Notes: generated from the letters alone by a model not told the origin. Shown: positions 16,734 to 25,358, counted from the first letter of the stretch. The stretch is 39,435 bases of DNA from an uncultured Candidatus Peribacteria bacterium (GCA_964562735.1 CAZLUK010000092.1:1-39435), one strand, 5' to 3'. Translations and numbers: made by a program.

Positions 16734-17857
16734 GCGATAATTTGTCTCCAACCACCGGCTCGGCCACGGTGCTTCCATCGATACCTTCCACCATCGTAAC
16801 CGCTTCCATAGAGGGGCAGCGCAAAGCACTCGATCTTGTGATCTTGAAACGTGGCACCAAGGACTATCTTGATTTTCTCGATACGACAAAAGAGGTGTTC
16901 TATGCCTACCTCTACCACCGCACGGGTTCGGCCGAGCTCGCAAAGACCATCCTCGGCGAGATTTATCTGGATACGCTGGTTCGCGCAATGTCGCTGTGGT
17001 GGTTTGGCACACTGAGCCTGGAATTTCTTCTGGATGCTGCTGATCAGGTACTCAAGGATCGTGATGTTTCGGCCGCCGATCTAGAGACTGTGTATCTGCC
17101 GAGTCTCGTCTGGCTGAGCACTGTCGAGCGCCAGTCTGTGGCCACACTCCACGATTCTCTCTGGTCTCTCCCCAAGCAAGCGCAGCGCCTTCTCATTCTT
17201 TCGATACTTGTGGGGCTTAGCGATTTGCGCATCGCGCAGGTGCTCCGGTTTCCGGCTGACGACATCGCATCCCAAATCACGACTGCCAAGGATTTCCTCC
17301 TCGCTCGTTGGCAGCCGATATCCGACATCGGAGCCAAGTTGCAGTCTCTCGTGTTTGTTCCGGCTCTCGATATTCGCAGTGAAACCGCATTACGTTTCTC
17401 GGTCGTCGAGAAATACAACGCGCTCCGCTTCCGCCGCTACCAGTGGGTGATTCTCGGAGGGCTTTTCGCCGTCATGAGCAACGTCATCGTCGCGTCCGTT
17501 CTCGCATTCGCCGTCATCACCACGCCTCCGTCATCACTTCGTGGCACGCGCACGCAGGTCGCTTCGCTCGATGCAGTGCTCCTAAAACGCCAGATCGCGA
17601 TCTACGAGGCCAAGGGTTCCATCGTCGCATTATCCAGGGAAGCGCAGCGCCTTACCGCATACGATGTCTCGCGTAATTTTACTGTTCTCAGTCTTGAATC
17701 GGCTCTTGAGTTACTTAAGGCCGAGCAGAATCAGGCAGCTGAAGTTGATCGTCTCATCAAGATCATGCAGCGCGCGCAGACTGCCATGGCTACTATCCTG
17801 AGTCCGGTAACGAAGCGCCAGGATCACGATCCAGATGGCGTGACCCGTTCTTCATAG
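16730..17857 (+). CDS. ECF-sigma-like protein fused to a transmembrane segment and C-terminal extension
   Basis: Region-2-like EVFYAYLYHRTGSAELAKTILGEIYLD. Region-4-like LWSLPKQAQRLLILSILVGLSDLRIAQVLRFPADDIASQITTAKDFLL. TM segment YQWVILGGLFAVMSNVIVASVLAFAVI. The ATG overlaps the upstream stop (ATGA). Confidence 0.5.
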   Translation: MSDNLSPTTGSATVLPSIPSTIVTASIEGQRKALDLVILKRGTKDYLDFLDTTKEVFYAYLYHRTGSAELAKTILGEIYLDTLVRAMSLWWFGTLSLEFLLDAADQVLKDRDVSAADLETVYLPSLVWLSTVERQSVATLHDSLWSLPKQAQRLLILSILVGLSDLRIAQVLRFPADDIASQITTAKDFLLARWQPISDIGAKLQSLVFVPALDIRSETALRFSVVEKYNALRFRRYQWVILGGLFAVMSNVIVASVLAFAVITTPPSSLRGTRTQVASLDAVLLKRQIAIYEAKGSIVALSREAQRLTAYDVSRNFTVLSLESALELLKAEQNQAAEVDRLIKIMQRAQTAMATILSPVTKRQDHDPDGVTRSS

Positions 17858-18139
17858 CTCCTGTTGTAAGGATTAGCTTCGATGATGGAAAATTTTCTGG
17901 GCTACTTTCCAGATAAAAGTTCTTGAATCAGTTTTTGCTTTCGATCAATTTTGAGTCCGGGATGGATATGGATTTTATTCTTGATATGTGTTGATGATTG
18001 GGGAAAGATTTTGCCACATCTTCGCTTAAACAAGAGAAAGACACATCAATCCACACCTCGTTCGCTGTGCATCATGTTTGCCCTTGTCTTCCCGCACAAA
18101 GTCGGAGCATGCTTCTCCCCTTTTCATCCCCCTATCTTT

Positions 18140-19057
18140 ATGGATGCCGTTATCTCGGAGAAAAATACCAAGTCACAGATTCTCGCAGCGTATGAGCAAG
18201 CGCTCAGAGCGTTGGAAGCTCGGGACGCACAGCGCAGCGATGTGCGTGACGATCGCCAAAAGGCGGATTTAACCATCAACACTGCGCTCGCGATGGATGC
18301 TCAGGCAATTGCGGCCCATCTTCAGCAACTCAGTGTTCGTCTCCAGACGGAAATCGAAAGCTTTTCGACGGCATTGTCTGAAGAACAGCAGCGTTTTACT
18401 GAGCTAAAAACAGCGACCGATTTACAGCGGGAGAGACTGGAACAGGTGAATGGCATGACCGTCGCCGCACGATCGCTGGAGGCGTTGCAGCTCACCCATG
18501 ACGAGTATAAGGATCAGCTGCAACGCGATCGTCAGCGTCTCGATGCCGAAAGGGCCCGCGAACAAGAGGAGTACAAGTACCGTATCGCTCTGGAACGCAA
18601 ACGCGATGCCGATGTCTACGAAGCCAGGCAATCGGCACTGGAGGAGGATTTGAAACGGCGAAAAGATGAGATCGTCAAACAGGAGACAGATAATGCAGTG
18701 CTACGAAAGCGCGCCGAGAATTTTGATGCCGAGGTGAGTGCGGCTGCAGATAAAGCGAAGACCGAAGCGGAGGAGCGTGTGAGTCGCGAGGAGCGGATTG
18801 CGGCCGATCTCCTTGCCGAGCGCACTCAGAGCGAGCACAAACTTCTGAGTGCCAAGGTTGAAGCACTGGAAATCAAGGTTGTCGAACTCAAAGCCGAGAA
18901 TGCGCAGTGGCGTGATCAGAACGCAATACTCTCGCAGGAATCCAAGGATATTGCTCTGAAGGTGATTGAAGGATCGGCAAACGCGCAAAATATGAAGAGC
19001 ATGCAGAACATAGCCTTAGAACAGGCACGGAGCGGCAGCGGCAGACGGGAAGGGTAG
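18140..19057 (+). CDS. hypothetical coiled-coil protein
   Basis: The ORF opens at TTG 17951, but the first ATG (MDAVISEKNTKSQILAAYEQ..) at 18140 begins the charged helical part. No recognisable domain. Confidence 0.5.
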   Translation: MDAVISEKNTKSQILAAYEQALRALEARDAQRSDVRDDRQKADLTINTALAMDAQAIAAHLQQLSVRLQTEIESFSTALSEEQQRFTELKTATDLQRERLEQVNGMTVAARSLEALQLTHDEYKDQLQRDRQRLDAERAREQEEYKYRIALERKRDADVYEARQSALEEDLKRRKDEIVKQETDNAVLRKRAENFDAEVSAAADKAKTEAEERVSREERIAADLLAERTQSEHKLLSAKVEALEIKVVELKAENAQWRDQNAILSQESKDIALKVIEGSANAQNMKSMQNIALEQARSGSGRREG

Positions 19058-19144
19058 CATATTAGCCTCCCAAATTTTCCCTTAAGCCGAATTTACGCTC
19101 AACTGTGGGCGAGTCAGGTCAGTGGGTTTATTCAGGAGTGATAA

Positions 19145-19329
19145 TGGCGGAGCCAACGGGACTCGAACCCGCGACCCGACTTCGCTCTTCCCACTTTGCC
19201 TGCGGGCTACGTGGGACAAGCCGGAGCTTCGCCGGGCATGCCACCTTCCGTGACCAGCCTTCGCACTCCGGTGCTACGGCTGGCAGGCAGGGAAGCGCTC
19301 TAACCATCAGCCTAGGCTGATACGGCTCC
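19145..19329 (-). pseudogene. tRNA-Asp-like gene (variant D-arm) interrupted by two insertions of 34 and about 69 nt
   Basis: Same 5' part (GGAGCCGTATCAGCCTAGGCTGATGGTTAGAGCGCTTCCCT) and 3' part (GGTCGCGGGTTCGAGTCCCGTTGGCTCCGCCA) as the variants at 20058 and 20278. An extra 34 nt (19255..19288) sits in the anticodon loop and about 69 nt (19177..19245) at the anticodon-stem/variable-loop junction. Confidence 0.55.
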
Positions 19330-19366
19330 ACGAAAAAATCGCAAGTATTTCAATGATGGCGGAGCC

Positions 19367-19378
19367 AATCAGTACTCA
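19367..19378 (-). repeat. solo copy of the tRNA-Asp 3' terminus (TGGCGGAGCCAA on the plus strand)
   Basis: A 12-nt direct repeat of the 3' end of the variant at 20058..20141. Together they bracket the relBE-type cassette. Confidence 0.7.
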
Positions 19379-19445
19379 ATGGATTGCTATCTTTCTGAGT
19401 TCATCATGATTACATAAGCGTAGCAGCAGAAGCTCTAAGCGTTCA

Positions 19446-19709
19446 TCAACCATAGACCTTGTTATGGTTACCGACCATCAACAAGAGAACAATCGCATGT
19501 CCACGTTCTTCGGCATAGACAATGCGTAAATCATAACCTGCCGAGATCGATCGCAGACCTTGCTTGGACCCGAGCAACTTGTGGTTGCGTAACTGAGGAT
19601 GAAAAGGATTATTCGCAAAGAGTCGCAGTGCCAGATCGCTCAACTGCTGCTGCTCGGGTGAGAGCTTGCGATACATTCGTTTGAATGCAGAACTATAACG
19701 GAGTAGCAT
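19446..19709 (-). CDS. relE: type II toxin, RelE/StbE (ParE-superfamily) mRNA interferase
   Basis: 87 aa. ..FHPQLRNHKLLGSKQGLRSISAGYDLRIVYAEERGHAIVLLLMVGNHNKVYG is a typical RelE/StbE C-terminal core. Preceded by a DinJ/RelB-type gene with a 2-nt gap. Confidence 0.8.
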   Translation of the reverse strand: MLLRYSSAFKRMYRKLSPEQQQLSDLALRLFANNPFHPQLRNHKLLGSKQGLRSISAGYDLRIVYAEERGHAIVLLLMVGNHNKVYG

Positions 19710-19711
19710 GG

Positions 19712-20002
19712 CTATTGACGAAGATTGGTCAGGAGTTCGTCAACCGAAGAGAAGGTAGCAGAGACGTTCTTCCCTTTCTTTGCCTGGGCTGCCAACTGGT
19801 CCATTGCGGCGATCTGCTTGGGTGTATACGTATCGTCTTGGCTCTGGAGAAAGAAAGGAATGCCTCCGACATCCGCAACTTTTGTGAAGAAAATACGGAT
19901 CGCTGTGGGGGAATCGATGCCGATTTTACTGAAAATTCCTTCAGCCTTGCGTTTGAGCTTGTCATCGATCCGGATCTGAAGGTTCTTTTTCGCCATATGC
20001 AT
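19712..20002 (-). CDS. type II antitoxin, RelB/DinJ family
   Basis: MAKKNLQIRIDDKLKRKAEGIFSKIGIDSPTAIRIFFTKV is a DinJ-type RHH N-terminus. Start at ATG 20002 or 19996. Confidence 0.75.
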   Translation of the reverse strand: MHMAKKNLQIRIDDKLKRKAEGIFSKIGIDSPTAIRIFFTKVADVGGIPFFLQSQDDTYTPKQIAAMDQLAAQAKKGKNVSATFSSVDELLTNLRQ

Positions 20003-20057
20003 TATGCATGACTATTGTAGTCTTTTTGCATATATAAGGCAAGAGAATTGCGTTGAA

Positions 20058-20141
20058 TGGCGGAGCCAACGGGACTCGAACCCGCGACCTCTTCCGTGAC
20101 AGGGAAGCGCTCTAACCATCAGCCTAGGCTGATACGGCTCC
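20058..20141 (-). tRNA. tRNA-Asp(GTC)-like variant with a 7-nt-longer, palindromic D-arm region (function uncertain)
   Basis: RNA sense: GGAGCCGTA-TCAGCCTAGGCTGA-TGGTTAGAGCGCTTCCCTGTCACGGAAGAGGTCGCGGGTTCGAGTCCCGTTGGCTCCGCCA (84 nt). Identical to the canonical gene except that GCTCAGC of the D-arm is replaced by TCAGCCTAGGCTGA. Confidence 0.5.
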
Positions 20142-20168
20142 ACGAAAAAATCGCAAGTATTTCAATGA

Positions 20169-20181
20169 TGGCGGAGCCAAC
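20169..20181 (-). repeat. solo copy of the tRNA-Asp 3' terminus (TGGCGGAGCCAAC on the plus strand)
   Basis: A 13-nt direct repeat of the 3' end of the variant at 20278..20361. Together they bracket a 96-nt hairpin-rich insert (20182..20277). Confidence 0.7.
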
Positions 20182-20277
20182 CCCTCGACTCCTCCTCGGC
20201 TCGTTACACTCGCTCGGAGTCGCTCGGGGTTTCCGAGGTCGTTTTTGGAATAGGGAAGATTGGTGTTGTTTCAATTG

Positions 20278-20361
20278 TGGCGGAGCCAACGGGATTCGAA
20301 CCCGCGACCTCTTCCGTGACAGGGAAGCGCTCTAACCATCAGCCTAGGCTGATACGGCTCC
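20278..20361 (-). tRNA. tRNA-Asp(GTC)-like variant with palindromic D-arm region (function uncertain)
   Basis: Same 84-nt structure as 20058..20141, with one T-loop difference (TTCGAATCC). Separated from the canonical tRNA-Asp by the conserved 27-nt spacer. Confidence 0.5.
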
Positions 20362-20388
20362 ACGAAAAAATCGCAAGTATTTCAATGA

Positions 20389-20465
20389 TGGCGGAGCCAA
20401 CGGGACTCGAACCCGCGACCTCTTCCGTGACAGGGAAGCGCTCTAACCAGCTGAGCTACGGCTCC
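20389..20465 (-). tRNA. tRNA-Asp (anticodon GTC), CCA encoded
   Basis: GGAGCCGTAGCTCAGCTGGTTAGAGCGCTTCCCTGTCACGGAAGAGGTCGCGGGTTCGAGTCCCGTTGGCTCCGCCA. Canonical cloverleaf, anticodon loop CTGTCAC, discriminator G. Confidence 0.9.
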
Positions 20466-20549
20466 AGATATCTTCATTTTCTACGTGTCACTAAAACGGT
20501 GTCACAAAGGAGCAAATGCGGTAGCGGATTTTAGGCCAGCCCAACAAGT

Positions 20550-22217
20550 CTAGCAAACCTTCCACGCTTTATCCAAATACTCTCCAATACACCGATGGGT
20601 ATTAAAATACCCCGCCAGCCCGATACTGCGCTTCATGCGTCTCGCCCAGCGGACGTGATCGGCGTATTCGTACTCCGGAATCACCTGGTACTGGAGCTCG
20701 GTATAGATGTCCTCGGCGTCTACTGCCCGAGTATCCTCGGCGTCGAGTGCCTGAGAAAACGGCCCGATTCTCCAGCCCGATTCCGGATCCTGGGCGTAAG
20801 CCTCGATCCACCAGCCGTCGAGTGTGGAGAGGTTGATCGTGCCGTTCACCGCAGCCTTCATGCCCGAGGTTCCGGACGCCTCATGCAGGCGGGTCGGCGT
20901 ATTGAGCCAGACGTCGGCGCCCGCCACGAGCAGCTTCGCAAGATCGGGATCGTAGTTTGGCAGGTACACGATTTTGAGCTGGTCTTTGAGCTCTCGGCTG
21001 CGCTGGATCATGCGCTGGATCACCTCCTGTCCGAACGGATCAGCCGGATGCGCGTTGCCGGCGTGGATGATCTGCACTTTGCCGCCGCATGCTTGGGTAA
21101 GGCGTTCTAAATTGGTGTAGAGCAGTTCTGGCCGCTTGTACGCAACGACTCTGCGCGCTCCGGCGATCGTGAGAACATTTGGATCGAATACGACTGGAGA
21201 AAATTTATTGGCATAATCGATCAGACGCTTTTTGGCAGCCTTGTGAGCTTTCAGTAGTTCCGCATCGGGGATTTCGCGGCAGTGCTTCGTCAGTTCTTTA
21301 GGTTTATCACGCCAGCCGGGCGCATACATATCAAAGAGCGCTTGCATTTCTTTCGATGTCCATCGTCCAAGATGCACGCCATTTGTGATGAATCCGATGT
21401 CTTCGCCGGGGAACATGCGATTACTGACGAGTCCGTGCACCTCCGAGACACCGAAACTTTTCTTGGAGAGATGCATCGCAAGGTGCGTCATCGAGAGTCC
21501 GTCCTCACTCGCAAGTTGCTTGATGTGCCACGGCAGATAGTCGCCGATGATCCTCCACGCCAGGTCATAGGCGAAGACGTCATGGCCGGCTTTGATCGGC
21601 GTATGAGTTGTGAATGCGCAGGACGGGCGAACGGCCTCATTCTTAAATCCCCTCTCCCGCAGCAGTTCGAGTGTCAGCAATGCCGCGTGACCTTCGTTCA
21701 TATGATACGTGCCGATATCGTCCGAGCTGTATCCGAGTGACCTAAGCATCCGGATGCCCGCTATACCAAGCACACCTTCTTGCTTCAGGCGCATCGTTCC
21801 GTCGCCGCCGTACAGCTGATTCGTGATCGTACGGTCATCGGGCGTATTTTCAGGAAGATCGGTATCGAGGAAAAAGACCGGTACTTCATGGCCATTGCCC
21901 TTGATCGACAAAGCCCACACGCCTACTTTTACGCTTCTGCCCTCCAGCTCGATTGTCACTTTGTTTGGCAGTAACCGCATGTGTTTCTCGGGCTTCCAAT
22001 TCATTTCCTCGTACGACTGCGAGCCGTCGCTGCGGATCGTTTGGCGCATGTACCCGTGGCGCCACCGCACCGTCATGCACGCGGCCGCCACTCCCATGTC
22101 CGCAGCCGACATCATGAGGTCCGCAGCCAGCATCCCCAGTCCGCCCGCATACGTCGGAATTTCGGCATTGAGGCCGATCTCCATTGTGAAGTATGCGACG
22201 GTGAGGGGTTTGTTCAT
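20550..22217 (-). CDS. glgP: alpha-glucan family phosphorylase (GT35)
   Basis: 555 aa. VAYFTMEIGL..IPTYAGGLGMLAAD N-terminus and the PLP-lysine region EASGTSGMKAAVNGTINLSTLDGWW. Confidence 0.9.
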   Translation of the reverse strand: MNKPLTVAYFTMEIGLNAEIPTYAGGLGMLAADLMMSAADMGVAAACMTVRWRHGYMRQTIRSDGSQSYEEMNWKPEKHMRLLPNKVTIELEGRSVKVGVWALSIKGNGHEVPVFFLDTDLPENTPDDRTITNQLYGGDGTMRLKQEGVLGIAGIRMLRSLGYSSDDIGTYHMNEGHAALLTLELLRERGFKNEAVRPSCAFTTHTPIKAGHDVFAYDLAWRIIGDYLPWHIKQLASEDGLSMTHLAMHLSKKSFGVSEVHGLVSNRMFPGEDIGFITNGVHLGRWTSKEMQALFDMYAPGWRDKPKELTKHCREIPDAELLKAHKAAKKRLIDYANKFSPVVFDPNVLTIAGARRVVAYKRPELLYTNLERLTQACGGKVQIIHAGNAHPADPFGQEVIQRMIQRSRELKDQLKIVYLPNYDPDLAKLLVAGADVWLNTPTRLHEASGTSGMKAAVNGTINLSTLDGWWIEAYAQDPESGWRIGPFSQALDAEDTRAVDAEDIYTELQYQVIPEYEYADHVRWARRMKRSIGLAGYFNTHRCIGEYLDKAWKVC

Positions 22218-22288
22218 TTTAATTATTATATCATAATTATTAATTATTGTAAATTCGGCTCCTGAGTTTCTGCGGGCAGTCTTTAGCT

Positions 22289-23696
22289 ATGATTAAGTCC
22301 ATGATCAACCCCCACATCTTCCGCGCCTACGATATCCGGGGGAAAGCCGGCACCGAGCTTACCGAAGCCGCTTGTTTGCAGATCGGTTTTGCATTCGGGC
22401 AGGTGTTGATTAAGAAGTACGGCAAAGAGCATCCGCATCCGACGGTCGTCGTGGGCCGGGATGCGCGCACGCACAGTCCCGCATTTCAGCAGAAAGTGAT
22501 GGCAGGGCTGATCGCAGCCGGTTGTGAAATATTTGATATCGGTCAGACGCCGAGTCCGGTGAACTACTTCACGATCTGTAATGCCGGACTCGATGCCGGC
22601 GTACAGATAACGGCAAGCCATAATCCGAAAGAGGACAACGGGATTAAATTGCAGATCCGCAACGCAGAAGCCTTCAGCGGTGAATCCTTGCAGCAGCTTC
22701 GAAAATTGATTGAAGTACAGTCCACACCGCTCAAAGCTCAAAGCTCGTTCTTCCGATGCCCTCCCTCCCTACACCCAATTGCTGACAAAAACTTTCAAAG
22801 CTGTCGGGCAAGGAAAGAAAATTGTCGTGGACGGCGGTAACGGTGTCGCAGGACCCGTGTACTGCGATGTACTGCGGAAAGTCGGCTGTGAAGTCATCGA
22901 GCTTTACACGGAACCCGATGGCACGTTTCCGAACCATGCCGCCGATCCGAGCAAGCACGAGACTTTGCGTGAGTTACAGCAGAAAGTTCTTACGGAAAAG
23001 GCCGATATCGGCTTCGCCTTTGACGGCGATGGCGACCGAGTGGGAGTTATCGATGAAAAAGGCGCCATCGTCACGGCCGATCAGACGCTTTTGTTGCTCG
23101 CACAAGATCATCTGATACGGCATAAAGGCGCACCCGTTATTTTCACGGTCAGTAACTCGTCACTTTTGGAAACCGAAGTGAAGAAATGGGGTGGCAGACC
23201 GGTGATGTGCAAAGTCGGGCACTCGTACGTGGAACATGCGATGCGCGATAACTCGGCCTTGCTCGGTGGCGAACAGTCGGGGCATTTCTTTTGCGGCGAA
23301 AATTATTTCGGATTCGATGACGCGCTCGTAGCGGCGCTGCGGGTTCTTGCAATTCTTGCCGGAGCGGCCATTCCCGGCCGCGGTCAAAAGAAGTTATCCG
23401 CTCTCATCGCCGAATTCCCGCAGGTGTACCAAATGCCGGAGCTGCGGCCGTACTGTCCGGATCATCTCAAAGCCGAGATCATCCGCAAAGCTACCGAACA
23501 CTTCCAAAATAAATATCCCGTCATCACGCTCGATGGCGCGCGGATCGACTTTGGTGACGGCGCTTGGGCCGGGATCCGCTTCAGTAACACCAGTCCGTGT
23601 CTCAGTATCTGCATTGAGGCACGCAGTGAAGCTAAGTTGAGCGCAGTCGAAAAAGAGGTTCTGGAGCACATGAGAACGTATGGGGAGGTCGATTAA
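22289..23696 (+). pseudogene. phosphomannomutase/phosphoglucomutase disrupted by a 7-bp tandem duplication (frameshift)
   Basis: The N-terminal part (ORF 22289..22840) carries the active-site ITASHNPKEDNGIKL. The C-terminal part (ORF 22710..23696, different frame) carries AFDGDGDRVGVID and GGEQSGHFF. GCTCAAA is duplicated at 22729..22735 and 22736..22742. Deleting one copy joins the frames as ..STPLKARSSDALPPYTQLL... Confidence 0.85.
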
Positions 23697-23711
23697 CTAA
23701 CCGCTTGCCAC

Positions 23712-25358
23712 TTGCCGCTTCAAAATCTTTCTCTCACCGGCAAACACTGGTTCCTCCGGCGCTCTGGTCTCGCGGGACCCGATATTACCGAGCTTTTGCG
23801 CACCGAACGCGGCATTGCCGATCATCCGGAAGCCAAACTCTCCGATCCGTTTCTGTTTCCGGAAATGCGCACGGCCGTCGATCGGATCCATCGGGCGATT
23901 CAGGCCAAAGAAATCGTCGGCATCTTTGGTGACTACGATGCGGACGGCATCACGGGTACCGTGCAGCTGGTGCGCTTCTTCCGTCGACGTGGTCTTGAGC
24001 CAGTCGTGCATCTGCCGGATCGTGCCAAAGAAGGCTACGGCATGAAGACACGGAGTATCGATGCACTGAAAGCCAAAGGCGTGTCACTCATCATCACCGT
24101 GGACACTGGCATCGCCGCGCACACCGAGATCGCGCACGCCAAAAAACTCGGTATCGATGTCATCGTCACCGATCATCATCGTGTGCAGGGCGGCCGACCG
24201 GATGCGTTTGCGGTTATCCATCCGCAGGTTCCTTCCGCGTTTCCAAATCCCCATCTCTCGGGTTCCGGTGTCGCGTTCATGCTCGTCCGGGCGCTTGAGG
24301 GTCTGAAGCCTTGGGATGGCATCGATCTCGATATCGCATTCGCAGCTCTCGGTACGGTGGGTGACCTGGTTCCGCTCACCGGCGAGAACCGACTGTTGGT
24401 GATTCATGGTCTTAAGTTTCTCGACAAATTACCACCGTCGCCACTAAGAGAATTTGTCGACAGCGTACGTGGGCTGTGCCCTCTGACAGCGTCAGACATT
24501 GCATTTCGGATAGTGCCTCGGATTAACGCCGCCGGACGCATGGCGCACCCTCTCGTGGCTCTGGATGCGCTTCTTTCGGGTGGCGCTTCGCTCGCAGAGT
24601 TGCACCGTCTGAATGGCGACCGCCAGTCGTTCGTCGAAGAGTTGCAAGCAGAAATGATTCCGCAGATTTCGCTCGATGATGCTTTTATCGTCATCGCAAG
24701 TGACCGCATCACTCCCGGTACCGCCGGGCTCGTGGCGGGCAAACTCAGTGATAAATTCGGTCGTCCGAGTTTGGCAGCGGCCGTCATCGGTGATCTTGCG
24801 GTCGCATCGGTTAGAAGTATTCCGACGATCGATCTAATGAATTGCCTGGAACATCCGTCGGTTCGGAAGTTTTTAAAGACCTTCGGCGGCCATGCGCAAG
24901 CCGCAGGCTGCACCTTCACTGTCTCCAATACTGAGCCACTCCGACTCGCGCTGAATGCGTTCCTCGCCGAGCGCGGTATTGTGTCCAAGAGTCTCGGTCC
25001 GATGCTCGAACTCGACGCCGAACTTTGTCACCGGGACGTCACGCTGACACTCGCTCGGTCACTTATTTCGCTGGCACCGTTTGGCTCTGGGAATGCCGAA
25101 CCGATGTTCCTGTTGTCTCAGCAAACACTCACGAACCTACGAACCGTCGGGTCGGAAAATTCGCATCTGCAAGCCAAAGTAAACGGCATGCAGGCCGTAG
25201 GATTTCGTCTCGGAACATTCATCGATCAGCTGAATTCTGGTTTGCCGGTCGATATCGCCTGTCGCATCGGCATCAATAACTGGAATGGGAGGGAGACGGT
25301 GCAGCTGGTGATAGAGGATTTGAGAGCGAGCGGCGAGCGGAAAGCGGAAAGCGGGTAG
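23712..25358 (+). CDS. recJ: single-stranded-DNA-specific exonuclease RecJ
   Basis: 548 aa. DHH motifs IFGDYDADGITGT, ITVDTG and VIVTDHH, plus the DHHA1 region GGHAQAAG. The ORF opens at TTG 23712; the exact start is uncertain. Confidence 0.9.
   Translation: MPLQNLSLTGKHWFLRRSGLAGPDITELLRTERGIADHPEAKLSDPFLFPEMRTAVDRIHRAIQAKEIVGIFGDYDADGITGTVQLVRFFRRRGLEPVVHLPDRAKEGYGMKTRSIDALKAKGVSLIITVDTGIAAHTEIAHAKKLGIDVIVTDHHRVQGGRPDAFAVIHPQVPSAFPNPHLSGSGVAFMLVRALEGLKPWDGIDLDIAFAALGTVGDLVPLTGENRLLVIHGLKFLDKLPPSPLREFVDSVRGLCPLTASDIAFRIVPRINAAGRMAHPLVALDALLSGGASLAELHRLNGDRQSFVEELQAEMIPQISLDDAFIVIASDRITPGTAGLVAGKLSDKFGRPSLAAAVIGDLAVASVRSIPTIDLMNCLEHPSVRKFLKTFGGHAQAAGCTFTVSNTEPLRLALNAFLAERGIVSKSLGPMLELDAELCHRDVTLTLARSLISLAPFGSGNAEPMFLLSQQTLTNLRTVGSENSHLQAKVNGMQAVGFRLGTFIDQLNSGLPVDIACRIGINNWNGRETVQLVIEDLRASGERKAESG

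Noticed and set aside
19177-19288. The insertions in tRNA-like variant A as group I or archaeal-type tRNA introns
   Set aside because: At 34 and ~69 nt they are far too small for group I introns. Neither sits at the canonical 37/38 position. I could not draw a bulge-helix-bulge motif, and the host gene already has a disrupted D-arm. Insertion into a pseudogene or variant is the simpler reading.
19145-20465. Regularly recurring ~125-nt units that could at first glance be a CRISPR-like array
   Set aside because: The repeated unit is a tRNA-Asp-derived sequence plus a fixed 27-nt spacer. The intervening segments are 0, 96 and ~680 nt (one is a TA operon), and no cas genes are present. It is a tRNA gene array with insertions, not a CRISPR.
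19105-20534. ORF-track entries 19105..19320, 20057..20335 and 20277..20534 (MAEPTGLEPAT...)
   Set aside because: They are translations of the antisense strand of the tRNA-Asp-like genes. The repeated peptide simply mirrors the repeated tRNA sequence.
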